A stretch of 62,881 nucleotides of DNA, the filler included. It is 6 parts of 6 records of this genome, joined end to end, with 100 filler letters (N's around TTAATTAATTAA, not from the genome) between each part and the next. Parts side by side here need not be neighbours in the genome. Positions count along the whole stretch, not along the records: positions 6,074 to 19,024 come from DRR723986_9378; positions 19,125 to 28,473 come from DRR723986_9383; 4 more parts are not named here. One strand, 5' to 3'. The position numbers were made by a program, and so were the translations under genes. A model generated the notes under the pieces. That model did not search any database. It was not told the DNA's origin and worked only from the letters and a program-made list of their open reading frames with translations. This document shows, piece after piece, positions 11,045 through 20,898 of the stretch; position 1 is the first letter of the stretch; the number at the start of each line of letters is the position of its first letter.

Positions 11045-12184
11045 ATGCTGTTTCGATCCACTTTTCGAAAAGACTTTGCCCAAACTGCCGGGGCCACTTT
11101 TGTGGCCCTGTTCACCATTATCGTGACCACGGTGCTTGTACGTACCTTGGGTCAGGCTGCGGGCGGCAAGGTTGACAATGCCGAGGTGTTCACGCTCATC
11201 TTGTTGGGCGGGCTTCAATACCTGCCAGCCGCCTTGGTCATCACTGTGTTCATTGCCGTCATGGGTGTGGTATCGCGTGCCTTCAAGGAGCAGGAAATGA
11301 CGGCCTGGTTTGCATCGGGCGTTTCGCTGTTCTCGCTGGTGCGACCGGTGCTGCGTTTTGCCGTGCCGCTCACTGTGTTGGCCATGGTGTGCTCGGTGTG
11401 GCTTACGCCGTGGGCCAAAGCCGAACTGGATGCTGCCAAAGATCGTTTTGCCAAACGCAGCGATGTGAGCAAAGTCAGCGCGGGCCAGTTCAGGGAATCG
11501 GGTGAAGGCAACCGCGTGTTTTTCGTGGAGCGTCAATCCGAAGTCACCAAGCAGGTTGAAAACGTATTTGTGGTCGACTCCAAAGGCGACACCCGAACAG
11601 TGGTCTCTGCTGCGCGTGGCAGCGTTGAGGTGGATGCCAACGGTCAGCCATACCTGGTGTTGAGTGGCGGACGACGCGCCACTCTGGATGGCACCGGCGA
11701 GCGCTTCACCACAACCGAGTTTGAAACCTATGGTCTGGCCATTGACAACACTCTGGGTGCAGCCCCCAGCTTTCAGTTGCAGCACCGCCGTGTTGATTTG
11801 CTGATTGCCGATTTTTCACCCGCCGCTCAAGGCGAACTGTTGTGGCGTGTCAGCTTGCCATTGTCCGCCCTGGCGCTGGGCTTGCTGGCCATTCCATTGG
11901 CCTTTGTGAATCCGCGCGGTGGCAATTCACTTAACCAGCTTTTTGCCTTGTTGATTTATCTGACATACAGCAACATCGTGTCGGTCACCCAAAGCATGGT
12001 GACGAAGGAAACACTCGACTTCTGGGTGGCTTTGGTACTACCCCATGCCAGTGTTCTATTGATGTTTTATCTCTTGATGGTCAAGCGTAACCGCCCGGCG
12101 GGAGCACCTTTGTTTCGCTGGCGCAGACCAGTTCGCTCGCTTGACCTGCAAGATGTGGTGGCAGGGCAGGAGATCAAACAATGA
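11045..12184 (+). CDS. lptF: LPS export ABC transporter permease LptF
   Basis: [11 protein letters not shown] and [10 protein letters not shown]...[13 protein letters not shown] motifs; pepA-lptFG synteny. Confidence 0.92.
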   Translation: MLFRSTFRKDFAQTAGATFVALFTIIVTTVLVRTLGQAAGGKVDNAEVFTLILLGGLQYLPAALVITVFIAVMGVVSRAFKEQEMTAWFASGVSLFSLVRPVLRFAVPLTVLAMVCSVWLTPWAKAELDAAKDRFAKRSDVSKVSAGQFRESGEGNRVFFVERQSEVTKQVENVFVVDSKGDTRTVVSAARGSVEVDANGQPYLVLSGGRRATLDGTGERFTTTEFETYGLAIDNTLGAAPSFQLQHRRVDLLIADFSPAAQGELLWRVSLPLSALALGLLAIPLAFVNPRGGNSLNQLFALLIYLTYSNIVSVTQSMVTKETLDFWVALVLPHASVLLMFYLLMVKRNRPAGAPLFRWRRPVRSLDLQDVVAGQEIKQ

Positions 12185-13419
12185 AAATGTCCTCCCGCGA
12201 TGTTCGTAAACAGGTCAGCAAACCATTTCAGGTACCCCATTCGCTGTTGGTGTATTTTCGCAGCGAACTCTACAAAGCCATCAGTTTTGTGATGGTTGCG
12301 TTTGTTGGTTTGTTCGCATTTTTTGATTTGATCGCCGAAGTAGACCGTTTGAGTTTGCCCGGCACCAGCTGGTTTTATTATTTTATTGCCGTGTTGCTGG
12401 GCCTGCCCGCACGGGTTTACGAAATAGCGCCCATCGCCGCGCTGATTGGCTCGATATACGCCTTGGTCCAATTGGCCGCCAGCAGCGAACTCACCGCCAT
12501 GCGAGCCGCAGGTCTAAGCACCACCAGTATGCTGAAAATGCTGGTTCGAATTGCAGCGGGCGTGGTGGTCATTACGGTGTTGTTTGGCGAGGCAGTGGCA
12601 CCCTTGGCCGAAAGGGCGGCGGTGCCCATGCGAGCCAAGGCACTGGGTTACGAGGTAGATCGAGATTTCCGCAGTGGTTACTGGATGCGCGACACCTACA
12701 GTGCCCCCGATGCCGAGTCGAGGGTGCGTTTCGTGAATTTTGATTCATTCAACAAAGACGGCGAGTTGCTCAAACTTGAATACTATGAGCTTGACCCTGA
12801 GTCCAGAATTCGCGCTTGGGTTCGCGCTGAAAGTGCGAAGTTTGATCCGGACAGTGGTGATTGGGAGCTGCGCAATGTTCTGGTTCAGCGCTATTTCGAT
12901 GAGGCAGTCAACAACCCCGATGCGGCGCGCGCAGGTTTAACCATTCAGGCCAGCGAATTCGAGTCGCTTGAGACCATGCGATGGACTTCGAACCTGTCCC
13001 CCGAATTGCTCACGGGTTTATTCGTTCGCCCAGACCGTATGAGTGCCTGGCAGTTGTACAACTATTCGAACTTCTTGAGCAGTAATTTGCAGGCCACTGA
13101 CAACATTGATTTGGCCTTTGCCAAAAAAATAATGTATCCCTTTGCCATTCTCATCATGATGATGATTTCGCTGCCTTTCGCTTACCTGCATTTCCGTTCG
13201 GGCAGTGTCAGCGTGAAGGTCTTTGCCGGCGTCATGATTGGCGTGGGTTTCCACTTGGTCAACAACCTCTTTTCCCATCTCAGCATGGTGGCCAGTTTCC
13301 CGCCGTTTGTGAGCGCCGCTTTGCCCAGCCTGCTGGGATTTGTGGTGGGCATGGGGGCACTGTGGTGGGTGTCGCAACCAGCGCCTTGGCGTACTTTGAA
13401 TGTATTGAGGAACCGATGA
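12181..13419 (+). CDS. lptG: LPS export ABC transporter permease LptG
   Basis: LAASSELTAMRAAGLS motif; ATGA overlap with lptF. Confidence 0.92.
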   Translation: MKMSSRDVRKQVSKPFQVPHSLLVYFRSELYKAISFVMVAFVGLFAFFDLIAEVDRLSLPGTSWFYYFIAVLLGLPARVYEIAPIAALIGSIYALVQLAASSELTAMRAAGLSTTSMLKMLVRIAAGVVVITVLFGEAVAPLAERAAVPMRAKALGYEVDRDFRSGYWMRDTYSAPDAESRVRFVNFDSFNKDGELLKLEYYELDPESRIRAWVRAESAKFDPDSGDWELRNVLVQRYFDEAVNNPDAARAGLTIQASEFESLETMRWTSNLSPELLTGLFVRPDRMSAWQLYNYSNFLSSNLQATDNIDLAFAKKIMYPFAILIMMMISLPFAYLHFRSGSVSVKVFAGVMIGVGFHLVNNLFSHLSMVASFPPFVSAALPSLLGFVVGMGALWWVSQPAPWRTLNVLRNR

Positions 13420-13793
13420 GCAGTACCGGAAAAAAAGCAATCGTATTGTTTGGCCACGGCGCGCGCGATCCGCAGTGGGCCGAGCCCATGAAACATTTGC
13501 AGAGCCTGTTGTTGGCGCGGTTACCTGATGTGCAGGTGGAACTGGCCTTTCTGGAACTGATGGCCCCAAGCTTGCCTGACACCGTGGATTGCATGGCACA
13601 AGGAGGGGTAAAGCACATTCAAGTGGTGCCTATTTTCTTTGGTCGGGGTGGACACTTGAAAAATGATTTCCCGGTGATCATGGCTGAGATGAAAGCACGG
13701 CACCCGGGTTTGAACATTGAAGCCACAACAGCTGTGGGTCAGTGGGATGCAGTGTGGCAAGCAATTGCCACTGAAATTGTTCAGCAAGTTTAA
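13416..13793 (+). CDS. CbiX/SirB-family sirohydrochlorin chelatase
   Basis: LFGHGARDPQW, AFLELMAPSL and PIFFGRGGHLKND; ATGA overlap with the lptG stop; near cobA and the cys genes (siroheme synthesis). Confidence 0.88.
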   Translation: MSSTGKKAIVLFGHGARDPQWAEPMKHLQSLLLARLPDVQVELAFLELMAPSLPDTVDCMAQGGVKHIQVVPIFFGRGGHLKNDFPVIMAEMKARHPGLNIEATTAVGQWDAVWQAIATEIVQQV

Positions 13794-13815
13794 TCAAAAC
13801 AACTGGAGATACAAC

Positions 13816-14076
13816 ATGAAGAAATGGTTGCTGTTGGCTGCGCTGTGTTTTTCCATTCCCGCCCACGCACAATCGACCGAAGCCGCTTGTCAGGCCAAGG
13901 CAGTGAGCAAAGAGGGTAAGCCCCTGGCAGGTGCGGCAAAAAATTCGTTCATGAAAAAATGCCTGGCTGAAAACAAGGCCAGCTGCGAAGAACGCGCAGT
14001 GGGTAAAGACGGAAAGAAGCTGGCCGGTGCAGCCAAGAACTCATTCATGAAGAAGTGCGAGGCCGCTGCGGGTTAA
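13816..14076 (+). CDS. Small secreted protein with two Cys-bounded repeats (PsiF-like)
   Basis: GGAG RBS, signal peptide ending AHA, two copies of C-x-AVxKxGKxLAGAAKNSFMKKC. Confidence 0.75.
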   Translation: MKKWLLLAALCFSIPAHAQSTEAACQAKAVSKEGKPLAGAAKNSFMKKCLAENKASCEERAVGKDGKKLAGAAKNSFMKKCEAAAG

Positions 14077-14094
14077 CGGGTGCCTGACAGGCAA

Positions 14095-14889
14095 TCAAGC
14101 GGCTTTGTTCGATTCCAATAACGACCCGGTCAATGCAATGTTGGCCGGGTTTTTATTACCGGCGAGCAATTCAGCCTGCGCCTTGGCCAGAGCTTGGCCA
14201 ATCAGGATAAGGCAAGGCCCATCAGTCAGCTGTTCCGCAGAAAACGACGGCAACTTCCCCAGGTTCAGAGGTGTGAATTTCTCGGCGGGCAATGAAACGC
14301 TTTCGCACAGAATGACCGGAGTGGCGGCATTGCGGCCTTTTTCAAGCAAGGCAGCCGCCCAAGGTCCAGCCTGACGCAGCCCCATGTACACGGCCACAGT
14401 GTCGTTTTCTGTGCCAGTGAACAATTCAGTGCTGGGCACCTCATCGGCGCCCACGGACGGGGTGGTCAAGGTTAGGCTGCGGGCTACGCCACGCAGGGTG
14501 AGTGAGGCTTGCAGGCTGCTGGCCGCGGCCAGTGCAGCAGTCACACCAGGTACCACTTCAACGGTGTGGCCCGCGGTTTTCAAGGCGGTGATTTCCTCAT
14601 CAGCACGGCCGAATACCATGGGGTCGCCACCTTTCAGGCGCACAACCAAGTGGTATTTCTCAGCCGCTTCAACAAGCTGTTTGTTGATGAAGTGTTGTGC
14701 AGTGGATTTCTTGCCGCAGCGTTTTCCAACAGCGACAAGCTTGGCATCGGAGCGGGCTTCAGAAAGAAGAGAGGGACTGACCAGCGCGTCGTAAAACACA
14801 CAGTCTGCCTGCATCAACAGCTTCAGGCCGCGAACGGTGATTAAATCCTCCGCTCCTGGTCCTGCACCAATCAATACAACGCGTCCCAT
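14095..14889 (-). CDS. cobA: Uroporphyrinogen-III C-methyltransferase
   Basis: LIGAGPGAEDLITVRG, VVRLKGGDPMVFGR and VVPGVTAA. Confidence 0.93.
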   Translation of the reverse strand: MGRVVLIGAGPGAEDLITVRGLKLLMQADCVFYDALVSPSLLSEARSDAKLVAVGKRCGKKSTAQHFINKQLVEAAEKYHLVVRLKGGDPMVFGRADEEITALKTAGHTVEVVPGVTAALAAASSLQASLTLRGVARSLTLTTPSVGADEVPSTELFTGTENDTVAVYMGLRQAGPWAAALLEKGRNAATPVILCESVSLPAEKFTPLNLGKLPSFSAEQLTDGPCLILIGQALAKAQAELLAGNKNPANIALTGSLLESNKAA

Positions 14890-14944
14890 CTCAAAAGTCC
14901 CTATTTAAGAACAAGCAACCAACAACCGGGTGAAGGGTCGTTGC

Positions 14945-16303
14945 TTAGTTCTTTGCAACGATCATGCCAGCGGCCACAGTTTGGTTGGTAGCACCGTCAA
15001 TCAGGATAAAACTGCCTGTTGCACGGCATTCGGTGTACAAATCCGCCACGATGGGCTGGGCCAGCACCAATTCAATCTGTGCGATGTCGTTCATTTGCAC
15101 CGTTTTGGTGCTTTCACCGTGCAGCAGGGTGTGAATGTCGAGCACCAAATTCACCGATTTTATTTTGGCTTGGGTTTGGCGAGTGGTCTGCTTGATCCAG
15201 TACTTGCGAGCAGGGTTCAATGGTTCATTGTCCAGCCAGCAAATGTCGGCCGTCAATGCCTTCACCGGGGCATGGTTGACCGTGTCACCACTGCTGACAA
15301 TTTGATCCCCACGGGACACATCTACATCGCGGTCCAGCACCAGTGTGACGCACTGACCCAAGTGGGCTTCTGGCAAGTCGTCGTTCAAAAAGACGATGCG
15401 AGATACCACGGCGCTTTGGCCTGAAGGATGCACCACCACCGTGTCGCCAACTTTCACGCTGCCGCCTTCGACTCGGCCCATGTAGCCGCGGAAATCTTCG
15501 GCTTTGTGCCCATCGTGGCGGGCCACCAACTGCACCGGGAAACGGAAACCCACCTTGTGAGCAGCCTCTGCGCGGTCAGCGCGGCTGGGAATGTTTTCCA
15601 GGATGGGCAGCAAGGGCTGGCCTGTGTACCAAGGCGTTTTGGGGCTGGCAGTGACCACGTTGTCACCTGTGAGGGCGGAAATGGGCAGTACCAGCGCTTC
15701 TTGCACGCCAACGGTAACAGCCAGTTCTCGCACGGCTTTTTCGGTGGCAATGAATTTGGCCTGATCAAAATCAACCAAGTCCATTTTGTTCACCGCAAAC
15801 AAAATAGCGGGAATACCCAGCTTGCCAGCAATCGCACTGTGACGTTTGGTTTGCGCCAGCAGGCTTGCTTTCAGGCCTTCTGCACTTTCTTCAAAAGTAA
15901 CGCGTGTAATGTCGACCAGCACAATCGCTACGTCGGCTGTGGATGCACCAGTCACCATGTTGCGGGTGTACTGCTCGTGGCCCGGTGTGTCGGCCACAAT
16001 AAACTTGCGCGCAGGCGTGGCGAAGTAGCGGTAAGCCACGTCAATAGTAATGCCTTGCTCACGCTCGGCTTCCAAGCCATCGGTTAACAATGAAAAGTCG
16101 ATGGTGTCGCCAGCAGTGCGTTTGTTTTTGGCCTTGGAAATGGCGGCAAGCTGGTCAGCAAAAATACCTTTGCTGTCGAATAGCAGGCGACCAATCAGGG
16201 TGGACTTTCCGTCGTCGACAGAACCAGCGGTGATGAAGCGCAGCACGCCGTGGTCTTGGGTGCTTAGTTTCAGGGCTTCGTTAATTGCGTTCATGGTATT
16301 CAT
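14945..16303 (-). CDS. cysN: Sulfate adenylyltransferase subunit 1 (GTPase)
   Basis: AGSVDDGKSTLIGRLL, EREQGITIDVAYRYF, DTPGHEQYTRNMVTGAS and NKMD; no fused kinase domain. Confidence 0.96.
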   Translation of the reverse strand: MNTMNAINEALKLSTQDHGVLRFITAGSVDDGKSTLIGRLLFDSKGIFADQLAAISKAKNKRTAGDTIDFSLLTDGLEAEREQGITIDVAYRYFATPARKFIVADTPGHEQYTRNMVTGASTADVAIVLVDITRVTFEESAEGLKASLLAQTKRHSAIAGKLGIPAILFAVNKMDLVDFDQAKFIATEKAVRELAVTVGVQEALVLPISALTGDNVVTASPKTPWYTGQPLLPILENIPSRADRAEAAHKVGFRFPVQLVARHDGHKAEDFRGYMGRVEGGSVKVGDTVVVHPSGQSAVVSRIVFLNDDLPEAHLGQCVTLVLDRDVDVSRGDQIVSSGDTVNHAPVKALTADICWLDNEPLNPARKYWIKQTTRQTQAKIKSVNLVLDIHTLLHGESTKTVQMNDIAQIELVLAQPIVADLYTECRATGSFILIDGATNQTVAAGMIVAKN

Positions 16304-16309
16304 CTCGAT

Positions 16310-17233
16310 TTAGAAATAGCCTTCTTTCTTGCGGCGCTCCATGGAGGCCTCGGAAGTTTGATCATCCATGCGGGTTGCGCCGCGCTCGGTAATGTCGGTC
16401 ACAGCTGTTTCAGTAATGATTTCAGCTGGCGTGGCTGCAGTGCTGGCCACTGGGCAGGTGCAGGTAATATCGCCTACAGTGCGGAAGCGAACCACACGTG
16501 TTGTGACTGTTTCACCAGCCTTGGGTTGGGTCATCTCGGTAACAGGCACCAACAAACCATTGCGCTCGATAATCTCGCGTTCATGGGCGTAGTAAATGTT
16601 GGGTAGTTCCAGTTTTTCGCGTTCAATGTATTGCCACACGTCCAGTTCAGTCCAGTTGGAAATCGGGAAGACACGCATGTGTTCGCCGGGGTGAACGCGG
16701 GTGTTGTACAGGTCCCAAAGTTCAGGACGCTGGTTTTTTGGGTCCCATTGACCAAAGCCATCGCGGAACGAAAAAATACGTTCTTTCGCACGTGCTTTTT
16801 CTTCATCACGGCGTGCGCCGCCCATCAGTGCGTCAAAGCCAAATTCTTCCTGTGTTTCAAGCAGAGTTACACTTTGAAATGCGTTGCGTGAAGCGTCGGG
16901 GTGCGGCAGGCGAATGGTGCCTTTTTTGATGGAGCCTTCCAGTGAACGAACAATCAGTTCTTCACCCAATTGCTTGGCTTTCCAGTCACGAAACTCGATC
17001 ACTTCCGGGAAGTTGTGTTCGGTGTCAATGTGCACCAAGGGAAATGGAAACTTGCCGGGGCGAAATGCTTTTTCTGCAAGGCGCAACATCACGATGGAAT
17101 CTTTGCCGCCTGAGAACAACATGGCGGGGCGAGCGCATTCAGCGGCCACTTCGCGCATGATGTAAATTGCTTCTGCTTCAAGCCAGTCCAGGTGGGACAT
17201 GGTGTGTTTTTGCGTGCTCACTTGCGTGCTCAT
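16310..17233 (-). CDS. cysD: Sulfate adenylyltransferase subunit 2
   Basis: FSGGKDS, GGARRDEEKARAKERIFS and MERRKKEGYF. Confidence 0.97.
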   Translation of the reverse strand: MSTQVSTQKHTMSHLDWLEAEAIYIMREVAAECARPAMLFSGGKDSIVMLRLAEKAFRPGKFPFPLVHIDTEHNFPEVIEFRDWKAKQLGEELIVRSLEGSIKKGTIRLPHPDASRNAFQSVTLLETQEEFGFDALMGGARRDEEKARAKERIFSFRDGFGQWDPKNQRPELWDLYNTRVHPGEHMRVFPISNWTELDVWQYIEREKLELPNIYYAHEREIIERNGLLVPVTEMTQPKAGETVTTRVVRFRTVGDITCTCPVASTAATPAEIITETAVTDITERGATRMDDQTSEASMERRKKEGYF

Positions 17234-17273
17234 GATTGTTCTCGACTTGTGTTCTTCAATGGTTGAATTCAGT

Positions 17274-18071
17274 TCATTTTTTCAGGTTGGCGTTGTGCAA
17301 ACCGCATTCCTTGCTGCTTGGGTCTTCCCACCACCAGCGGCCCGCCCGAATGTCTTCACCAATGGTGATGGCGCGGGTGCAGGGTTCACAGCCAATCGAC
17401 GGAAAACCCTCGAAGTGCAGCTTGTTGACAGGCACATCAAACTGGCGAACATAGGTCCACACATCGGCCTCGCTCCAGTCAGCCAGCGGGTTGAATTTTT
17501 CAATACCGCGGTCAGTATCGAATTCGCGCACCGGCAAGGCGGCACGAGTGGCTGCCTGCGCCTGGCGTTGGCCGGTTACCCAGGCTTTGGCACCCTTCAG
17601 TGCTCGGGCCAAAGGTTCTACCTTGCGAATACCGCAGCATTCTTTGCGCAGCGCGGTGCTTTCGTAAAAAGCATCCTTACCCTTGGTGTTCACGTAGGTT
17701 TCAACAGCTTGCGCTTGTGGTTCAAACCATTGCACTGTTTGACCATACTTGGCTTGCAAGGCTGGGGCTACATCCAGGGTTTGCTGGTGCAGGCGACCGG
17801 TGTTCAGGCTGAATACGCGAATGTTCAGCTTCAAGCGTGCGATTACATCGAACAACACATTGTCCTCAGCCGCAAGGCTGCTGGCCAGTGCGATGTTGTC
17901 GAACTCTTGCGCGGCTCGGGTCAACAGGGTTTCCAGTGCCTGCACTTTGCCTGCGATATCGGTGGCAGGCTGGTGGGGGCCACGAAACACAGCAATCACT
18001 TGCTCGAATGCAGCGCTGTTTTCAGGGCTTGCTTCAACACTGTGAAAGCGTGAAGTGTTCACTGCATTCAT
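17274..18071 (-). CDS. cysH: APS/PAPS reductase, [4Fe-4S] APS-reductase type
   Basis: ECCGIRKVEPL, SIGCEPCT and KECGLH; the CC and CxxC cluster ligands are present. Confidence 0.95.
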   Translation of the reverse strand: MNAVNTSRFHSVEASPENSAAFEQVIAVFRGPHQPATDIAGKVQALETLLTRAAQEFDNIALASSLAAEDNVLFDVIARLKLNIRVFSLNTGRLHQQTLDVAPALQAKYGQTVQWFEPQAQAVETYVNTKGKDAFYESTALRKECCGIRKVEPLARALKGAKAWVTGQRQAQAATRAALPVREFDTDRGIEKFNPLADWSEADVWTYVRQFDVPVNKLHFEGFPSIGCEPCTRAITIGEDIRAGRWWWEDPSSKECGLHNANLKK

Positions 18072-18073
18072 GC

Positions 18074-18613
18074 TTATGCTCCCGCGGCGGCTGCCCTGCG
18101 ATTGAACACAGGCAGCGAGCCGTCGGCACTGGTTTGGTATGGAATGGTGAAATCGGAAAACGCATTCAATGCGTCTTCAAGCGACTTGCCTTCCTTGATA
18201 TCGAATTGCGTGAAGCCGCAACGCGCCAGGTAGAAAAACTGATCGCGCCAAATGTCGCCAAATGCGCGAATTTCGCCTTTGAAGCCATAGCGTGTGCGAA
18301 GCAATACTGCGCCTGAATAACCCTGGCCGTATTTGAACACCGGGAAGTGAAATGCAATCAGCTTGAGCACATTCATGTCGCCCTGCAATTGTTCCGGGTT
18401 GTCTTCGGGGTTCAGGTACACACCCAAATCGCCCGCTTTGGCGCGTGCAGTCAATTCTGCCTTGCTTGCTTCCCACACGGACAAGTGCACCAGCACTTTG
18501 CTCCCGGAGGGAACTGCCACAGGTGCTTCAGCCGTACCCACTTCAACAACCACAAATTCATCGGCAACAATTGCGGCTTCACCGTTTAACGGCTTAACAA
18601 TAATTTGGCTCAT
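18074..18613 (-). CDS. DUF934-family protein (sulfite reductase partner)
   Basis: FPVFKYGQGYSGAVLLRTRYGFKGEIRAFGD...RCGF; lies between cysI and cysH. Confidence 0.88.
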   Translation of the reverse strand: MSQIIVKPLNGEAAIVADEFVVVEVGTAEAPVAVPSGSKVLVHLSVWEASKAELTARAKAGDLGVYLNPEDNPEQLQGDMNVLKLIAFHFPVFKYGQGYSGAVLLRTRYGFKGEIRAFGDIWRDQFFYLARCGFTQFDIKEGKSLEDALNAFSDFTIPYQTSADGSLPVFNRRAAAAGA

Positions 18614-19024
18614 TTATGCAGCCTCCTTGTTGGCGTACACGTGGTCTTTGAAGGGCTCGGCGCCAATGCGGTCTAGGGTGTCGATGAACAGTTCATCTTC
18701 ATGACGCTCGCGCACATACACTTCAAGCAGCTTCACCACAACACCGGGTACATCTTCGGCGTAAAACGATTTGCCGATCACCTTACCGATGGATGCATCG
18801 TTTCCTTGGCGGCCGCCCAGCGTAACCTGGTACCACTCCTCACCGTTTTTATCGACACCCAAAATACCGATATTGCCAATGTGGTGATGACCACAGGAGT
18901 TGATACATCCCGAGATGTTCAAGCTAAGATCGCCCAAATCAAACTGGTAATCGAGGTTGTCCACGGCTTCCTGAATGCCCAAGGCAATCGGAATGGACTT
19001 GGCGTTGGCCAGTGAACAGAAATC
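18614..19024 (-). CDS. cysI: Sulfite/nitrite reductase hemoprotein, C-terminal part (truncated)
   Basis: FCSLANAKS and NISGCINSCGHHHIGNIGILG siroheme/[4Fe-4S] motifs. Confidence 0.9.
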   Translation of the reverse strand, partial: DFCSLANAKSIPIALGIQEAVDNLDYQFDLGDLSLNISGCINSCGHHHIGNIGILGVDKNGEEWYQVTLGGRQGNDASIGKVIGKSFYAEDVPGVVVKLLEVYVRERHEDELFIDTLDRIGAEPFKDHVYANKEAA

Positions 19025-19124
19025 NNNNNNNNNNNNNNNNNNNNNNNNNNNNNNNNNNNNNNNNNNNNTTAATTAATTAANNNNNNNNNNNNNNNNNNNN
19101 NNNNNNNNNNNNNNNNNNNNNNNN
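19025..19124. other. Artificial contig linker
   Basis: N44-TTAATTAATTAA-N44. Confidence 0.99.
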
Positions 19125-19151
19125 GGCTCACAGCCCTAAGGGCTGTGAGCC
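19125..19151. repeat. Perfect palindrome, REP-like, at contig end
   Basis: GGCTCACAGCCCT-A-AGGGCTGTGAGCC (13-bp arms). Confidence 0.6.
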
Positions 19152-19195
19152 GGATTCTTACACCTCTCAAAGACGCATCTCACTCAATTCCCCAC

Positions 19196-19234
19196 AAAAA
19201 AAAGCGCCCTGCCTCATTCAAAAGACAGGACGCT
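19196..19234 (-). terminator. Rho-independent terminator
   Basis: Minus strand reads AGCGTCCTGTC...GGCAGGGCGC followed by a run of 8 T, downstream of 19302..20366. Confidence 0.8.
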
Positions 19235-19301
19235 CAAGTTTCCTGTACTCCAACAATAATGCTGAAATACAAATCACACACGTTTCGATTTGGACAGCAG
19301 A

Positions 19302-20366
19302 TCAGGTGCCGAATTTGACGCGGAAGGACGAGACCATATTAGTGCTTTTGTCCAACTCGGATATACTGGCACCCGCATTGACATCAATCCAGATGCCGTC
19401 GTAAATTCGGAGTTCGGCGCCTCCCGTCAACAGCAGGTTGTTCGCATTGTCCATGAACTCACCCTGCGCCTCAAAGTAAGATTTGAGGAAATTGGTCCCC
19501 ACGTAGATTCGCGCAGCGGCTTTGATAGACGTCTCAAAGTCAGTAGCAGGCAGAACACGCATACTCTGAAAGTGACCACCCAGGAAGACTTGCCCCCAGG
19601 TGCCCAAAGGCACGCCAAAGGTCAACCACGCTGAATAGTTATCAACCTTAAGATCCTTGCCCAGTGAATCAGGCGAAGAACCACCAACCGCAAAGGCCAG
19701 ATCCAAAGCCATTTGATTCCAGAGCGAATCCTGCACGCTTTCAGGTCCCGTCAGCGTCGTGTTGATCAGGCTCTTCAGCGAGTCAATTGAGCTTTGAGCC
19801 GCAGGTGTTAACTGCCCAGCATTTGTGAGGCGTGGATCTCCACTGGCATTCAGACGGATATCCAAAATCTGGCTGGCGTAACCGTTGACCTTATCAATAA
19901 TCGCGTCGTTCGTGCGCAAGTCCGCCTTATCAATCAGTGGAATACGTAATCCCACAGCCAGACTGGTAGCACCTGTGATGGAATTTTCACGGTCGGTTCC
20001 CACCGAGAGACGCGTGCGGTAGAGCCACGGCGCATCGCGATATTCAGCCAGCGTCAAGTCATTGCCGCCAATCAACAATCCCGGCGAGACTTCCATGGCA
20101 AAATTGGATGGCAAAGTCACGCGTGCATCATTTCCAAGAAAATCAGAAGCAGCAACGGCAACCGCACGCGCACTGCTGGGACGCAAAATTGTGGAAGGCG
20201 ACTCCTGCAGCACTACAAATGCCGGTGCGTCTGGAACAGCATAATCCTGCATCAGTTGCTTAAGAGTCAGTGTGCTATCCGAAAATATCTGAGCCTGCAT
20301 CGCCGGGCCGAAACCGAAGGCCGTCAACAGAAAAAGTGCAGTTAAAGTGTAGGCGAATCTTTTCAT
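19302..20366 (-). CDS. Secreted hypothetical protein, possibly an outer-membrane beta-barrel
   Basis: Signal peptide MKRFAYTLTALFLLTAFGFGPAMQA; the C-terminal half has alternating amphipathic strands ending SSFRVKFGT. Confidence 0.7.
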   Translation of the reverse strand: MKRFAYTLTALFLLTAFGFGPAMQAQIFSDSTLTLKQLMQDYAVPDAPAFVVLQESPSTILRPSSARAVAVAASDFLGNDARVTLPSNFAMEVSPGLLIGGNDLTLAEYRDAPWLYRTRLSVGTDRENSITGATSLAVGLRIPLIDKADLRTNDAIIDKVNGYASQILDIRLNASGDPRLTNAGQLTPAAQSSIDSLKSLINTTLTGPESVQDSLWNQMALDLAFAVGGSSPDSLGKDLKVDNYSAWLTFGVPLGTWGQVFLGGHFQSMRVLPATDFETSIKAAARIYVGTNFLKSYFEAQGEFMDNANNLLLTGGAELRIYDGIWIDVNAGASISELDKSTNMVSSFRVKFGT

Positions 20367-20761
20367 GCGGATGCCTCTTCAAATGAAATTTGCAGGCGCA
20401 CACTTTGTACGGAGTTTGTGACTGTGCCTGACGCCACTAAAGTAGCCAAGGTATTACCGTCCTGACTTGCCGTCAACGTGACGCTGTAATCAGTCTGCGG
20501 TGGTACCGCAATAACTTCAACTAAACAATCGACCATTGCCCCAGCATTGCCACTATTGGAATTGGAAGCGTCGCGTGGTAATTCAATGCTCGGGTCGTCG
20601 CTATCCTTAAACTCGCCGCGTTTTTCGATTTCGGCTTTAGTGGTTGACTTGCCCCAAAGTCGGAGCGCATAGGCTCCGGCATTAGCAAGTCCATTGCGCA
20701 ATGTAACTGTGATTGGCCCGCCGTCGGCTACAAAACTGGCGGTTTTTTTGGTGTCGCTCAT
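20363..20761 (-). CDS. Hypothetical beta-rich protein
   Basis: ATG at 20761 (MSDTKK); its stop overlaps the next start (ATGA). Confidence 0.65.
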   Translation of the reverse strand: MSDTKKTASFVADGGPITVTLRNGLANAGAYALRLWGKSTTKAEIEKRGEFKDSDDPSIELPRDASNSNSGNAGAMVDCLVEVIAVPPQTDYSVTLTASQDGNTLATLVASGTVTNSVQSVRLQISFEEASA

Positions 20762-20898
20762 ACTACCCGTCCTGATAGTCCAAAATACCCGCGGCGATGA
20801 GTCCGCGTTGGAATTATTGCGGGCCAATCTACAAAACAAACAGCGCTAAACACAAAAAAACACAGGATTTGTTACCTGGGTTTTGACGTCATGCGACT

